64,000 nucleotides of DNA from Eutreptiella sp. 'Long Island Sound 2002' (Eukaryota; Protista; Euglenida), in NCBI GenBank assembly GCA_964036045.1, contig OZ038378.1, positions 144,460,001 through 144,524,000 on the forward strand, in the 5' to 3' direction. The position numbers and the translations under genes were made by a program. Positions 35,528 through 49,800 of the stretch are shown here, piece after piece. Below the pieces are notes generated by a model that saw only the letters and a program-made list of their open reading frames with translations, ran no database searches and was not told the DNA's origin. Numbering within the stretch: position 1 is the stretch's first letter; each line of letters opens with the position of its first letter.

Positions 35528-35900
35528 TCAGTAGAGAAAAGTATACAAGGTTTTCGAGTTCGGTGTGCCTGATGTGTGTGAAATGTGAGCACGTACCCAT
35601 CCTTGCCCTATCAAGTTTTTGGTTGTCCCTGTGGATGCTCCACACGAGGTTGTTGGCGTTCCAGTGGCGGCGCTTTGCAAGCCACCGAATTGATTCTTGT
35701 AAATCCTTCATAACGGACAGGGGAGAAATGTTATTGAACTGCCCCGAGCAATCCGCCTCACCTATTGTTGTGCATTGCCAGTCGGACAAGTCATGAATCC
35801 ATGGCTGCAAATCACTGATTTTCAGAACAAGAAATGCCCCAAGAATTTCGCTTACAAGCAATCGTAACAGCAGGGTGAATGCCCTGGCGGCTGTCTGCAA
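35018..35900 (-). pseudogene. Penelope-like reverse transcriptase core
   Basis: Motif A GEADCSGQFNNI (~35735-35762), motif B' AIPMGGPFSAQSADL (~35420-35460), motif C QFRDNVLV (35281-35295). Confidence 0.8.
35492..35524. repeat. (TG)16 microsatellite frameshifting the RT
   Basis: Lies between FSLLT and QASGRIWARTGAIPMGG, which are in different frames. Confidence 0.95.
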
Positions 35901-38900
35901 ATAAAATCGCTGTACCTGTGGCTCAACGATAGCTGCAATAGGGCACCATAGTATACACTGTTTTGTGAGAGATTTCGCTTTTCCAGAAGGTACAGCAGGG
36001 GCGAGGCGCGGGCTTTGTTGATGGGCCATTTGTCTTTGCGCATGACGGTGTGGAGTGCTGTCTGTATTTGACCGTTGTCCGATGTTGGTCTGGATGTGTA
36101 TTTTTCTTCTGTGAGGAACTGTACTGTCTGGTCCCATAGCCACTGTCGGCAAAAGGCAAAAAGCATGGTGCCGCTTTTGTCGGCAATGCGTACCGTGGCA
36201 ACCGAGTTTAGGTCAAGTGCAATGTTTTGGACTCGGTGACGGAGGGACGCTTCGCCGTCCCACTCGTCGGCAGGTAGGGCTTCAGAAAGGATGGAGGTGG
36301 GAAAACAATGTTGTACGTGTAACATGTGTGCTAATTTCGTAAGGCTCGTGACGGCATGTGTGCGTGAGCGTGTGCCAGGGCAGGGGAGTGGGTCGGTGGC
36401 GCGCAAGGGTGCCCCATGGTGGAGAATGGTGACCGGTAGTAAGGCAAAGTGGCCGTCAATAAGGCGGACTGGTCCGGCTGCTGACCAGAGGTGCAGGTGT
36501 TGCCGGTCACAGTTGCAAGGGGGGGCACTCTTCGCTTTTTTTCGTGTTTGTTGGATAATCGTTCAAAGGCGCGTCGTAAATTGAGGGGGGTAGAGGAGAC
36601 AACTCTCACATGCGCACGGATGGCTTTACATTCCCAAGAACTGCGGTTGGTACTGCGGACCATGCGGTCGAAGAGTGTTTCCATCCTTGACTTTTGGGGG
36701 GGTAACAGGTGTGGTACAGTCACGTTGGCAGGTCGGCATAGTGGGATGTTATTAAGTGAGCCGCAATGCGTTCCACGTCTTTGTTGAGGATGGCTGCCTA
36801 AACATAGTCACGGTTCCTACGCGCAATATGTGCTTGACGTAGAGTGGTTCTCTACAAGTGGTTCTCTCTCTGTGTGTGTGTTATCTACAAGTTCGACAAG
36901 AACTAGTGTCCAGTGGAGTTCTGTGGTGTTTCGGAGCATGTCATGGAAAGTGGAGTCTTCGGTGCCTGCTTGTGTGGTTGTGACATGTTTCCGTAGACGT
37001 TGTGTCGTAGCCAAATTGGTTTTTCTTGCGTCACAGATGAGTAATTGAGTGTGGATGGCAATATAAATAAGGATGGTAGATGGAGCAACTGATGTGTGCC
37101 AATGGTGTGTGCGTCCAATGGCGCGGAGCATGCGGATCAGTGGATGTGTCTCATATGGCAAAAAGGCCACCTGGTCTTGCAACAGCTGAGCCCAACGGCC
37201 CAGGTCTTTGCTGTCCTGGGCACGACGCATACTGCGGGAATATGATTTATAAAGGAACTCACGATGGGGGTGGGGTTGCCAGAGGCTGGAGAAGCTCTTG
37301 GGATGGTTGAGGAAGTAACAGTGCATGCGAAGTCGTTGGAGTGGTTCGAGGGAAGCGATGGTATCAAGGGAGGCGTACAGGAACCATGGTGTTTGCTGAA
37401 ATTGGGTATATGCAACAGGCGCAGCGTGAGGTGGTGGGAGTGTTGTGTTCCTGACAATCCAGCGACGTGACGTGGCATGGTACTGATAATTTGCTGGGGT
37501 CTCAGGCTCACATATAAGGAGATGTGTGTCGGAGGACAATGGCTCATTGTGTTGGGACCACGGCTCGGTGGGAGTGTGGTATGGTTCGCGTGCAAGTGCC
37601 GCTACTGTGGTCCAGCCGTTGACTGCGTTGATGACTGAGCATAAGTAGCGGGTTACATGCGTGGGTGGGGCGACTGTGATGTGTGGTCGTGTGCATGCGC
37701 GCACTTGTGCGTACAGGGGTGTGTGCTGCTCGTAATGAGTTTGAGCCATGCTTTGAAGTGTGGGTGGATGTGATAGTAAAGGCAACATTGGGTGCATGTG
37801 TGCAGCAGCGAATGCGAAGGGTTTCACTTGGTGTGGTTCCATATGAAATTGTGACATGATAACGGATCGAGGCCCGCCGGGTAGATCCATAGGGCTGTAT
37901 GTGAAAGCAGACTGGAATGGACGCTGTTGAGTGGTCAAGTGGATGTGTTCCGCCAGTGCCAACCGTTGTTGCAGAAGGTGTAAATCATGCAGAATATCAA
38001 TTAGTGACGGCTCTTCCGAAGGTCGTTTGTTGACGAAGTGGCACCAGTCTTTGAAATCGTTGCTCGCGGTGGTGCATGCGCGGAGAAGATCAGCGGGGGA
38101 ACGTTGGCGCCGTGGAGTAGTGATCGAAGTCCTGAGTGAAGCGCTCGCCGGGTGGTGTTCGCGGTTGAGAGTGTTTTGAGTGTGGCTTGCATTTCCTCGG
38201 TGGCATGTGCGGCGACCCAGTGTTGTAGCCTGGTCATATTCATGTCGTTCCATTCAGAGAGTAGTGCATCTAGCAGGTCAGTGTGCCAGGCCTTGGACGA
38301 TTGGTCGGGTTGCAGCGGATCCAGATCAGCCCACCAGCGGCGGGACGCACTACCGCTGGTATTCGTTTGTCTCGTTGCTGCTGGCGTGGTCGGAGGATCG
38401 CTGCGTTCGGTTGTGGAACGTTTACCCGCGCACCGCGTTGGTGTCATGATGGCATCCGCATCCTTGTCCTCTGGGCCGGGTAGCTCAGGGCTCGAATCAA
38501 TTTTGTGATGGGTGGCTCTGTCTACGGTGCCCCGGTCTAGATCGCTTTGAAGGAGTTGGTCGAAGCGTTGTTTTACGGGCGGCCATTCTTTGTTGAGGAA
38601 TTGCTGAAATGAGCGGTGGTGCGGTTGCCAGTCCATTTCCAGGAACTGCTAAAATTTGGTATTTACCCGCTCTGCCGTTGTTAACCGCGAATCTGTTTTT
38701 TCCCGGAAAGACATGAGTGTGGAGACTTTGTTGTTCAACTGCACCAGGTCTGTCTTGCACTCCTCTATTATTCTATGCGAAGACTGCAGTGCCTTTACAT
38801 CCGTTTGGAGCTGAAGTATAGCAGCGTGTTGGCTCTGCTGGTCGCTGGCTAGTGCTGTCAGTTTAGAAGTATGCTCTCCCCGAACTTGAGGTACCCGGCG

Positions 38901-39333
38901 CAAGCAGGACTGCATGTCATGGCCAAAGATACCGCAAAACAGGCAACCACGAGAAATGCTGTCGTCTGGAGGAAAGTTGACTTGAGGATCGCTGGTACTT
39001 CACTGTTGCGTGGTCACTGCAGCCACATCGGAGGCACCAGAGGTGATTCGCCGGAGGAGCAGGAGCAGGGTCGCGTACCTTGGTTTCGTACTCAGGGCAT
39101 ACTTTCATCAAGTGTTCCGTCGAGCCACTGATCAAACAGGCACCTTAATGTTTTCGTTCTTGTTGTACCCGGCACTCGTCCGACCAGTGCAGTTCCCCGC
39201 ATGACCAGCAGGGATCTCCTGGTTGACCGCGACCACGGCGTGGTTCTGCTGCACAATCGGCGGAGGTGGCGTCTTCTCGGTGAGGGCATTCAAACGCTCG
39301 ATGGCCCCCGCGATGACAATGAGAGCAGATGAG
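35900..39333 (-). pseudogene. Long N-terminal region of the element ORF: four CCHC-type knuckles, coiled coil, ~900 aa unknown
   Basis: CSHCHRGGHRAFEC, CWSCGELHWSDEC, CLISGSTEHLMKVC and CLRCGCSDHATVKY share one frame, followed by a heptad region LTALASDQ...LVQLNNKV; scattered stops and frameshifts. Confidence 0.7.
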
Positions 39334-39734
39334 CAAGGCTGAGGTAAACGGGTGTCACGGACCCCGACGACACCCAGACACCCTGAAGGGTGTTTTTTTT
39401 TTTTTTAAAAAAATACCATTTTTTGGTGTTTTTTGTTTTTCTTTTCGCCCAAAATGTTGTTTTTCTACATCCCTATGATCTCAAATGCATTTCCTAGCGC
39501 AACTAACATGTTTTTTAAGGGTTCATAGCATGGTGTCACTCAACAGCTCAACCAATCAACAACACAACCCAGAAAAAAAAACAATGTGTTGCAGATTGGT
39601 TGCTTCGGCCTTGTGACCCGAAGTGGCGTTTTCCCACCATTTTCAATTGTTCCTGCTTGTGTGTTTGCAAATTGATGTATTTCGGTGGCCAAGGTGTTTT
39701 TTAGGTGGGTTTGCCCATGGACTGCCGGAATGCT

Positions 39735-40030
39735 CACTGTTATTTCCCGGTGTGCTCTGGATGGTCACTGTAATTTTGGAATGGTTGCTGTTGTTTCCTG
39801 TTGTTTTCTGTTGCACACCGGATGGTCCTTGTTATTTCCTGGTGCGCTCTGCATGGTCATTGTTATTTCTTGGTGTGCTATGGATGGTTGTTGTTGTTTA
39901 CCGGTGTGCTCTGCATGGTCACTGTCATTTCTTGGTGTATTCTGGTTGGTCGCTGTTGTTTCCTCTTGCACCCTGGATGGTCACTGTCTTTTTCCGGTGC
40001 CCTCTGGATGGTCACTATTATTTCCTGGTC
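39735..40030. repeat. ~31-bp minisatellite (GGATGGTCACTGTTATTTCCCGGTGTGCTCT), ~9 diverged copies per 2.3-kb unit
   Basis: Recurrent (G/C)ATGGT(C/T) ... TTTC motif at ~31-bp spacing. Confidence 0.8.
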
Positions 40031-40262
40031 CGTGCACAAGCAACACATGTCACACACAGGCAAACACAAGGCAAAGCAGTGAAGCGGCACCAAATAAACC
40101 GAGACATTGTGCGCGGGCGCACCTGCCCAAATGCTACGAATGTCTGCCTTAAAAGTCCGGAGGCCACTCGCTGCCCTCTGCCTCCCTCACTGCAGGAGCA
40201 TCATGCTCCTGCCCCAAACAAAACCCCCCCCCCCCCCCCCCCCGCCCTCGTCCTGCTCCACT

Positions 40263-40877
40263 TCACTTCAGAGGGCGGTCTGGCCATCTCCTGCATCGCC
40301 GTCTGCATGCTGCTGAGAATGTTGTCGTTGACTGACCACACTGCGACACCGCCCCGGGCAATGGACCGAGTTTGGGCTGCAGGTGAGATGCCAGCAATGC
40401 AATGTCTCCGTTACCGTGCTGCATCAGGGCTGCCTCATCAATCCATGGCCATGCTGTGAAATCAAACACCCAGGTGGCTTTGGCCACAGGGTGAGTCTCT
40501 TCAAATCTGCTGCTAATTTCTCTACGCAGGTGCTGAATGAAGTCTGTTGCCTGAGATTTAAATGTGGACTCCCCCTCCCTCTGGGCTAGCGGTACGCCCA
40601 GAAATGAACACTTCCCGTCATCCATATCCTTTACGTGATCAGAAAAAAATTGCCACCGCGTGCCTCGGAAAGCAGCCAGCTCCGCGAGCGTGGCTAGGCA
40701 CTTGTGCAGTCCTCTGCTGCAGGGAGGCGCACGTTGCATCCGGCTGGAACGCGAGCGACATGAGACCACAGCAGTGGATGACGTCAGCCACAAAATGCAG
40801 CCCAGCGACGAACGTGTACGTGGTGAGCAGCAGCAATAACTCATCGCGGCGCTCCTTAGTGCAAGGTATGGGGGCAA
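40263..40877 (-). pseudogene. Central/C-terminal hAT transposase fragment (repeated in each of the five full units)
   Basis: TTYTFVAGLHFVADVIHCCGLMSLAFQ and FIQHLRREISSRF..VFDFTAWP..HGNGDIALLASHL resemble ZNF862-type hAT transposases; frameshifted. Confidence 0.75.
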
Positions 40878-43800
40878 GGCAAAAGTGAGCCCTCCCTAGC
40901 CCCTAAAGTGGTGCCCCCAATCTTTGGGAAGAATGCCGCTGCCCTCGAGGGTCGCCTAACCAAGGATCAAAAATTCTATTGCCTTCGGCAGTGCACCTCA
41001 AAGAGACGCTGACAGTCAGCCAATCAGTCCCTTAGCCAGGCCAGCAGTCAGTAAGACAGGAACACACAGTTTGGGTTTTTTGTCCGTGGCAGACGCGGCC
41101 CCAAGTAGTGGGGGGATTGTTCACTTTAGGGCAAGCAGTGGCCGAACGGTGATGAAGCTGACCTTTTGGTCGGCGGTTCCAACCCCGATCGGGCAAATAT
41201 GGCACCGCTGCTACCGCCGACAGTCAGCCGACCAGGATGCGAACTGCCGACCGAAACTTTTGCGTCGGCTGCATTACCATTCGACCGGCGGTGGTGTGAC
41301 AGTGATATGCCTCCCCACTGCTTGGAGCCTTTTGAGCGAAAAATTTTGACCCCCCCCCACCCCACCCCTCAAAAAAGTGATATCTTGTTTTAGGGGCTAG
41401 AGGCCTCAGAATCGAAAAATCCATTGGGGGATGGTCTTATTGGCCAAAATAATGATTTTACAAGGGGTTAGACATCCAATATCATGCCTTGGGGTATGCT
41501 ACGCGAATGACCCCCAAAAAGGGGGAGTATACGACGCCCGCGCCTGCGCTTGATCTAACAACCCCTCTTCGAGGTGATTTTGTCACCACATACATTATGT
41601 TGAAAAAGGGGGGCGGGGTTTTGCGTCGTCAAGTGCCCCTAACCCCCCCCCCCCCCCACAGACAAGCCTGAGGTAAACGGGTGTCACGGACCCCGACAAC
41701 ACCCAGACACCCTGAAGGGTGTTTTTTTTTAAAATACTGTTGTTTGTGTTTTTTTTCACCCAAAATGTTGTTTTTCTACATCCCTATGACCTCAAATGCA
41801 TTTCCTAGCGCAATTAACATGTTTTTTTAAGGGTTCATAGCATGGTGTCACTCAACAGCTCAACCAATCAACAACACAACCCAGAAAAAAAAACAATGTG
41901 TTGCAGATTGGTTGCTTCGGCCTTGTGACCCGAAGTGGCGTTTTCCCACCATTTTCAATTGTTCCTGCTTGTGTGTTTGCAAATTGATGTATTTCGGTGG
42001 CCAAGGTGTTTTTTAGGTGGGTTTGCCCATGGACTGCCGGAATGCTCACTGTTATTTCCCGGTGTGCTCTGGATGGTCACTGTAATTTTGGAATGGTTGC
42101 TGTTGTTTCCTGTTGTTTTCTGTTGCACACCGGATGGTCCTTGTTATTTCCTGGTGCGCTCTGCATGGTCATTGTTATTTCTTGGTGTGCTATGGATGGT
42201 TGTTGTTGTTTACCGGTGTGCTCTGCATGGTCACTGTCATTTCTTGGTGTATTCTGGTTGGTCGCTGTTGTTTCCTCTTGCACCCTGGATGGTCACTGTC
42301 TTTTTCCGGTGCCCTCTGGATGGTTACTATTATTTCCTGGTCCGTGCACAAGCAACACATGTCACACACAGGCAAACACAAGGCAAAGCAGTGAAGCTGC
42401 ACCAAATAAACCGAGACATTGTGCGCGGGCGCACCTGCCCAAATGCTACGAATGTCTGCCTTAAAAGTCCGGAGGCCACTCGCTGCCCTCTGCCTCCCTC
42501 ACTGCAGGAGCATCATGCTCCTGCCCCAAACAAAAAAACTTCCCCCCCCCCCCCCGCCCTCGTCCTGCTCCACTTCGCTTCGCAACCGCTTCAGAGGGCG
42601 GTCTGGCCATCTCCTGCATCGCCGTCTGCATGCTGCTGAGAATGTTGTCGTTGACTGACCACACTGCGACACCGCCCCGGGCAATGGACCGAGTTTGGGC
42701 TGCAGGTGAGATGCCAGCAATGCAATGTCTCCGTTACCGTGCTGCATCAGGGCTGCCTCATCAATCCATGGCCATGCTGTGAAATCAAACACCCAGGTGG
42801 CTTTGGCCACAGGGTGAGTCTCTTCAAATCTGCTGCTAATTTCTCTACGCAGGTGCTGAATGAAGTCTGTTGCCTGAGATTTAAATGTGGACTCCCCCTC
42901 CCTCTGGGCTAGCGGTACGCCCAGAAATGAACACTTCCCGTCATCCATATCCTTTACGTGATCAGAAAAAAACAGCCACCGCGTGCCTCGGAAAGCAGCC
43001 AGCTCCGCGAGCGTGTCCAGGCACTTGTGCAGTCCTCTGCTGCAGGGAGGCGCACGTTGCATCCGGCTGGAACGCGAGCGACATGAGACCACAGCAGTGG
43101 ATGACGTCAGCCACAAAATGCAGCCCAGCGACGAACGTGTACGTGGTGAGCAGCAGCAATAACTCATCGCGGCGCTCCTTAGTGCAAGGTATGGGGGCAA
43201 GGCAAAAGTGAGCCCTCCCTAGCCCCTAAAGTGGTGCCCCCAATCTTTGGGAAGAATGCCGCTGCCCTCGAGGGTCGCCTAACCAAGGATCAAAAATTCT
43301 ATTGCCTTCGGCAGTGCACCTCAAAGAGACGCTGACAGTCAGCCAATCAGTCCCTTAGCCAGGCCAGCAGTCAGTAAGACAGGAACACACAGTTTGGGTT
43401 TTTTGTCCGTGGCAGACGCGGCCCCAAGTAGTGGGGGGATTGTTCACTTTAGGGCAAGCAGTGGCCGAACGGTGATGAAGCTGACCTTTTGGTCGGCGGT
43501 TCCAACCCCGATCGGGCAAATATGGCACCGCTGCTGCCGCCGACAGTCAGCCGACCAGGATGCGAACTGCCGACCGAAACTTTTGCGTCGGCTGCATTAC
43601 CATTCGACCGGCGGTGGTGTGACAGTGATATGCCTCCCCACTGCTTGGAGCCTTTTGAGCGAAAAATTTTGACCCCCCCCCACCCCACCCCTCAAAAAAG
43701 TGATATCTTGTTTTAGGGGCTAGAGGCCTCAGAATCAAAAAATCCATTGGGGGATGGTCTTATTGGCCAAAATAATGATTTTACAAGGGGTTAGACATCC

Positions 43801-46800
43801 AATATCATGCCTTGGGGTATGCTACGCGAATGACCCCCAAAAAGGGGGAGTATACGACGCCCGCGCCTGCGCTTGATCTAACAACCCCTCTTCGAGGTGA
43901 TTTTGTCACCACATACATTATGTTGAAAAAGGGGGGCGGGGTTTTGCGTCGTCAAGTGCCCCTAACCCCCCCCCCCCCCACAGACAAGCCTGAGGTAAAC
44001 GGGTGTCACGGACCCCGACAACACCCAGACACCCTGAAGGGTGTTTTTTTTTAAAATACTGTTGTTTGTGTTTTTTTTTCACCCAAAATGTTGTTTTTCT
44101 ACATCCCTATGACCTCAAATGCATTTCCTAGCGCAATTAACATGTTTTTTTAAGGGTTCATAGCATGGTGTCACTCAACAGCTCAACCAATCAACAACAC
44201 AACCCAGAAAAAAAAACAATGTGTTGCAGATTGGTTGCTTCGGCCTTGTGACCCGAAGTGGCGTTTTCCCACCATTTTCAATTGTTCCTGCTTGTGTGTT
44301 TGCAAATTGATGTATTTCGGTGGCCAAGGTGTTTTTTAGGTGGGTTTGCCCATGGACTGCCGGAATGCTCACTGTTATTTCCCGGTGTGCTCTGGATGGT
44401 CACTGTAATTTTGGAATGGTTGCTGTTGTTTCCTGTTGTTTTCTGTTGCACACCGGATGGTCCTTGTTATTTCCTGGTGCGCTCTGCATGGTCATTGTTA
44501 TTTCTTGGTGTGCTATGGATGGTTGTTGTTGTTTACCGGTGTGCTCTGCATGGTCACTGTCATTTCTTGGTGTATTCTGGTTGGTCGCTGTTGTTTCCTC
44601 TTGCACCCTGGATGGTCACTGTCTTTTTCCGGTGCCCTCTGGATGGTCACTATTATTTCCTGGTCCGTGCACAAGCAACACATGTCACACACAGGCAAAC
44701 ACAAGGCAAAGCAGTGAAGCTGCACCAAATAAACCGAGACATTGTGCGCGGGCGCACCTGCCCAAATGCTACGAATGTCTGCCTTAAAAGTCCGGAGGCC
44801 ACTCGCTGCCCTCTGCCTCCCTCACTGCAGGAGCATCATGCTCCTGCCCCAAACAAAAAAACTTCCCCCCCCCCCCCCCCGCCCTCGTCCTGCTCCACTT
44901 CGCTTCGCAACCGCTTCAGAGGGCGGTCTGGCCATCTCCTGCATCGCCGTCTGCATGCTGCTGAGAATGTTGTCGTTGACTGACCACACTGCGACACCGC
45001 CCCGGGCAATGGACCGAGTTTGGGCTGCAGGTGAGATGCCAGCAATGCAATGTCTCCGTTACCGTGCTGCATCAGGGCTGCCTCATCAATCCATGGCCAT
45101 GCTGTGAAATCAAACACCCAGGTGGCTTTGGCCACAGGGTGAGTCTCTTCAAATCTGCTGCTAATTTCTCTACGCAGGTGCTGAATGAAGTCTGTTGCCT
45201 GAGATTTAAATGTGGACTCCCCCTCCCTCTGGGCTAGCGGTACGCCCAGAAATGAACACTTCCCGTCATCCATATCCTTTACGTGATCAGAAAAAAACAG
45301 CCACCGCGTGCCTCGGAAAGCAGCCAGCTCCGCGAGCGTGTCCAGGCACTTGTGCAGTCCTCTGCTGCAGGGAGGCGCACGTTGCATCCGGCTGGAACAC
45401 GAGCGACATGAGACCACAGCAGTGGATGACGTCAGCCACAAAATGCAGCCCAGCGACGAACGTGTACGTGGTGAGCAGCAGCAATAACTCATCGCGGCGC
45501 TCCTTAGTGCAAGGTATGGGGGCAAGGCAAAAGTGAGCCCTCCCTAGCCCCTAAAGTGGTGCCCCCAATCTTTGGGAAGAATGCCGCTGCCCTCGAGGGT
45601 CGCCTAACCAAGGATCAAAAATTCTATTGCCTTCGGCAGTGCACCTCAAAGAGACGGTGACAGTCAGCCAATCAGTCCCTTAGCCAGGCCAGCAGTCAGT
45701 AAGACAGGAACACACAGTTTGGGTTTTTTGTCCGTGGCAGACGCGGCCCCAAGTAGTGGGGGGATTGTTCACTTTAGGGCAAGCAGTGGCCGAACGGTGA
45801 TGAAGCTGACCTTTTGGTCGGCGGTTCCAACCCCGATCGGGCAAATATGGCACCGCTGCTGCCGCCGACAGTCAGCCGACCAGGATGCGAACTGCCGACC
45901 GAAACTTTTGCGTCGGCTGCATTACCATTCGACCGGCGGTGGTGTGACAGTGATATGCCTCCCCACTGCTTGGAGCCTTTTGAGCGAAAAATTTTGACCC
46001 CCCCCCCACCCCACCCCTCAAAAAAGTGATATCTTGTTTTAGGGGCTAGAGGCCTCAGAATCGAAAAATCCATTGGGGGATGGTCTTATTGGCCAAAATA
46101 ATGATTTTACAAGGGGTTAGACATCCAATATCATGCCTTGGGGTATGCTACGCGAATGACCCCCAAAAAGGGGGAGTATACGACGCCCGCGCCTGCGCTT
46201 GATCTAACAACCCCTCTTCGAGGTGATTTTGTCACCACATACATTATGTTGAAAAAGGGGGGCGGGGTTTTGCGTCGTCAAGTGCCCCTAACCCCCCCCC
46301 CCCCCACAGACAAGCCTGAGGTAAACGGGTGTCACGGACCCCGACAACACCCAGACACCCTGAAGGGTGTTTTTTTTTAAAATACTGTTGTTTGTGTTTT
46401 TTTTTCACCCAAAATGTTGTTTTTCTACATCCCTATGACCTCAAATGCATTTCCTAGCGCAATTAACATGTTTTTTTAAGGGTTCATAGCATGGTGTCAC
46501 TCAACAGCTCAACCAATCAACAACACAACCCAAAAAAAAAAACAATGTGTTGCAGATTGGTTGCTTCGGCCTTGTGACCCGAAGTGGCGTTTTCCCACCA
46601 TTTTCAATTGTTCCTGCTTGTGTGTTTGCAAATTGATGTATTTCGGTGGCCAAGGTGTTTTTTAGGTGGGTTTGCCCATGGACTGCCGGAATGCTCACTG
46701 TTATTTCCCGGTGTGCTCTGGATGGTCACTGTAATTTTGGAATGGTTGCTGTTGTTTCCTGTTGTTTTCTGTTGCACACCGGATGGTCCTTGTTATTTCC

Positions 46801-49800
46801 TGGTGCGCTCTGCATGGTCATTGTTATTTCTTGGTGTGCTATGGATGGTTGTTGTTGTTTACCGGTGTGCTCTGCATGGTCACTGTCATTTCTTGGTGTA
46901 TTGTGGTTGGTCGCTGTTGTTTCCTCTTGCACCCTGGATGGTCACTGTCTTTTTCCGGTGCCCTCTGGATGGTCACTATTATTTCCTGGTCCGTGCACAA
47001 GCAACACATGTCACACACAGGCAAACACAAGGCAAAGCAGTGAAGCTGCACCAAATAAACCGAGACATTGTGCGCGGGCGCACCTGCCCAAATGCTACGA
47101 ATGTCTGCCTTAAAAGTCCGGAGGCCACTCGCTGCCCTCTGCCTCCCTCACTGCAGGAGCATCATGCTCCTGCCCCAAACAAAAAAACTCCCCCCCCCCC
47201 CCCGCCCTCGTCCTGCTCCACTTCGTTTCGCAACCGCTTCAGAGGGCGGTCTGGCCATCTCCTGCATCGCCGTCTGCATGCTGCTGAGAATGTTGTCGTT
47301 GACTGACCACACTGCGACACCGCCCCGGGCAATGGACCGAGTTTGGGCTGCAGGTGAGATGCCAGCAATGCAATGTCTCCGTTACCGTGCTGCATCAGGG
47401 CTGCCTCATCAATCCATGGCCATGCTGTGAAATCAAACACCCAGGTGGCTTTGGCCACAGGGTGAGTCTCTTCAAATCTGCTGCTAATTTCTCTACGCAG
47501 GTGCTGAATGAAGTCTGTTGCCTGAGATTTAAATGTGGACTCCCCCTCCCTCTGGGCTAGCGGTACGCCCAGAAATGAACACTTCCCGTCATCCATATCC
47601 TTTACGTGATCAGAAAAAAACAGCCACCGCGTGCCTCGGAAAGCAGCCAGCTCCGCGAGCGTGTCCAGGCACTTGTGCAGTCCTCTGCTGCAGGGAGGCG
47701 CACGTTGCATCCGGCTGGAACGCGAGCGACATGAGACCACAGCAGTGGATGGCGTCAGCCACAAAATGCAGCCCAGCGACGAACGTGTACGTGGTGAGCA
47801 GCAGCAATAACTCATCGCGGCGCTCCTTAGTGCAAGGTATGGGGGCAAGGCAAAAGTGAGCCCTCCCTAGCCCCTAAAGTGGTGCCCCCAATCTTTGGGA
47901 AGAATGCCGCTGCCCTCGAGGGTCGCCTAACCAAGGATCAAAAATTCTATTGCCTTCGGCAGTGCACCTCAAAGAGACGCTGACAGTCAGCCAATCAGTC
48001 CCTTAGCCAGGCCAGCAGTCAGTAAGACAGGAACACACAGTTTGGGTTTTTTGTCCGTGGCAGACGCGGCCCCAAGTAGTGGGGGGATTGTTCACTTTAG
48101 TGCAAGCAGTGGCCGAACGGTGATGAAGCTGACCTTTTGGTCGGCGGTTCCAACCCCGATCGGGCAAATATGGCACCGCTGCTGCCGCCGACAGTCAGCC
48201 GACCAGGATGCGAACTGCCGACCGAAACTTTTGCGTCGGCTGCATTACCATTCGACCGGCGGTGGTGTGACAGTGATATGCCTCCCCACTGCTTGGAGCC
48301 TTTTGAGCGAAAAATTTTGACCCCCCCCCACCCCACCCCTCAAAAAAGTGATATCTTGTTTTAGGGGCTAGAGGCCTCAGAATCAAAAAATCCATTGGGG
48401 GATGGTCTTATTGGCCAAAATAATGATTTTACAAGGGGTTAGACATCCAATATCATGCCTTGGGGTATGCTACGCGAATGACCCCCAAAAAGGGGGAGTA
48501 TACGACGCCCGCGCCTGCGCTTGATCTAACAACCCCTCTTCGAGGTGATTTTGTCACCACATACATTATGTTGAAAAAGGGGGGCGGGGTTTTGCGTCGT
48601 CAAGTGCCCCTAACCCCCCCCCCCCCCACAGACAAGCCTGAGGTAAACGGGTGTCACGGACCCCGACAACACCCAGACACCCTGAAGGGTGTTTTTTTTT
48701 TAAAATACTGTTGTTTGTGTTTTTTTTTCACCCAAAATGTTGTTTTTCTACATCCCTATGACCTCAAATGCATTTCCTAGCGCAATTAACATGTTTTTTT
48801 AAGGGTTCATAGCATGGTGTCACTCAACAGCTCAACCAATCAACAACACAACCCAGAAAAAAAAACAATGTGTTGCAGATTGGTTGCTTCGGCCTTGTGA
48901 CCCGAAGTGGCGTTTTCCCACCATTTTCAATTGTTCCTGCTTGTGTGTTTGCAAATTGATGTATTTCGGTGGCCAAGGTGTTTTTTAGGTGGGTTTGCCC
49001 ATGGACTGCCGGAATGCTCACTGTTATTTCCCGGTGTGCTCTGGATGGTCACTGTATTTTTGGAATGGTTGCTGTTGTTTCCTGTTGTTTTCTGTTGCAC
49101 ACCGGATGGTCCTTGTTATTTCCTGGTGCGCTCTGCATGGTCATTGTTATTTCTTGGTGTGCTATGGATGGTTGTTGTTGTTTACCGGTGTGCTCTGCAT
49201 GGTCACTGTCATTTCTTGGTGTATTCTGGTTGGTCGCTGTTGTTTCCTCTTGCACCCTGGATGGTCACTGTCTTTTTCCGGTGCCCTCTGGATGGTCACT
49301 ATTATTTCCTGGTCCGTGCACAAGCAACACATGTCACACACAGGCAAACACAAGGCAAAGCAGTGAAGCTGCACCAAATAAACCGAGACATTGTGCGCGG
49401 GCGCACCTGCCCAAATGCTACGAATGTCTGCCTTAAAAGTCCGGAGGCCACTCGCTGCCCTCTGCCTCCCTCACTGCAGGAGCATCATGCTCCTGCCCCA
49501 AACAAAAAAACTTTTCCCCCTCCCCCCCCTCGCCCTCGTCCTGCTCGACTTCGCTTCGCAACCGCTTCAGAGGGCGGTCTGGCCATCTCCTGCGTCGCCG
49601 TCTGCATGCTGCTGAGAATGTTGTCGTTGACTGACCACACTGCGACACCGCCCCGGGCAATGGACCGAGTTTGGGCTGCAGGTGAGATGCCAGCAATGCA
49701 ATGTCTCCGTTACCGTGCTGCATCAGGGCTGCCTCATCAGTCCATGGCCATGCTGTGAAATCAAACACCCAGGTGGCTTTGGCCACAGGGTGAGTCTCTT

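Noticed and set aside
36740-36920. Ulp1/C48 protease domain (LHWTLVLVE ... PQQRRGTHCG)
   Set aside because: The His-to-Gln spacing is short (~44 aa), two stops intervene, and no catalytic Asp motif is evident. An alternative frame (AAILNKDVERIAAHL) looks like the true continuation; HHpred on intact copies would settle it.
39326-39350. Hammerhead at CAGATGAG...GTAAAC
   Set aside because: The core is CAGATGA, not CUGANGA, there is no GAAA, and the sequence is explained by the TSD plus the TIR.
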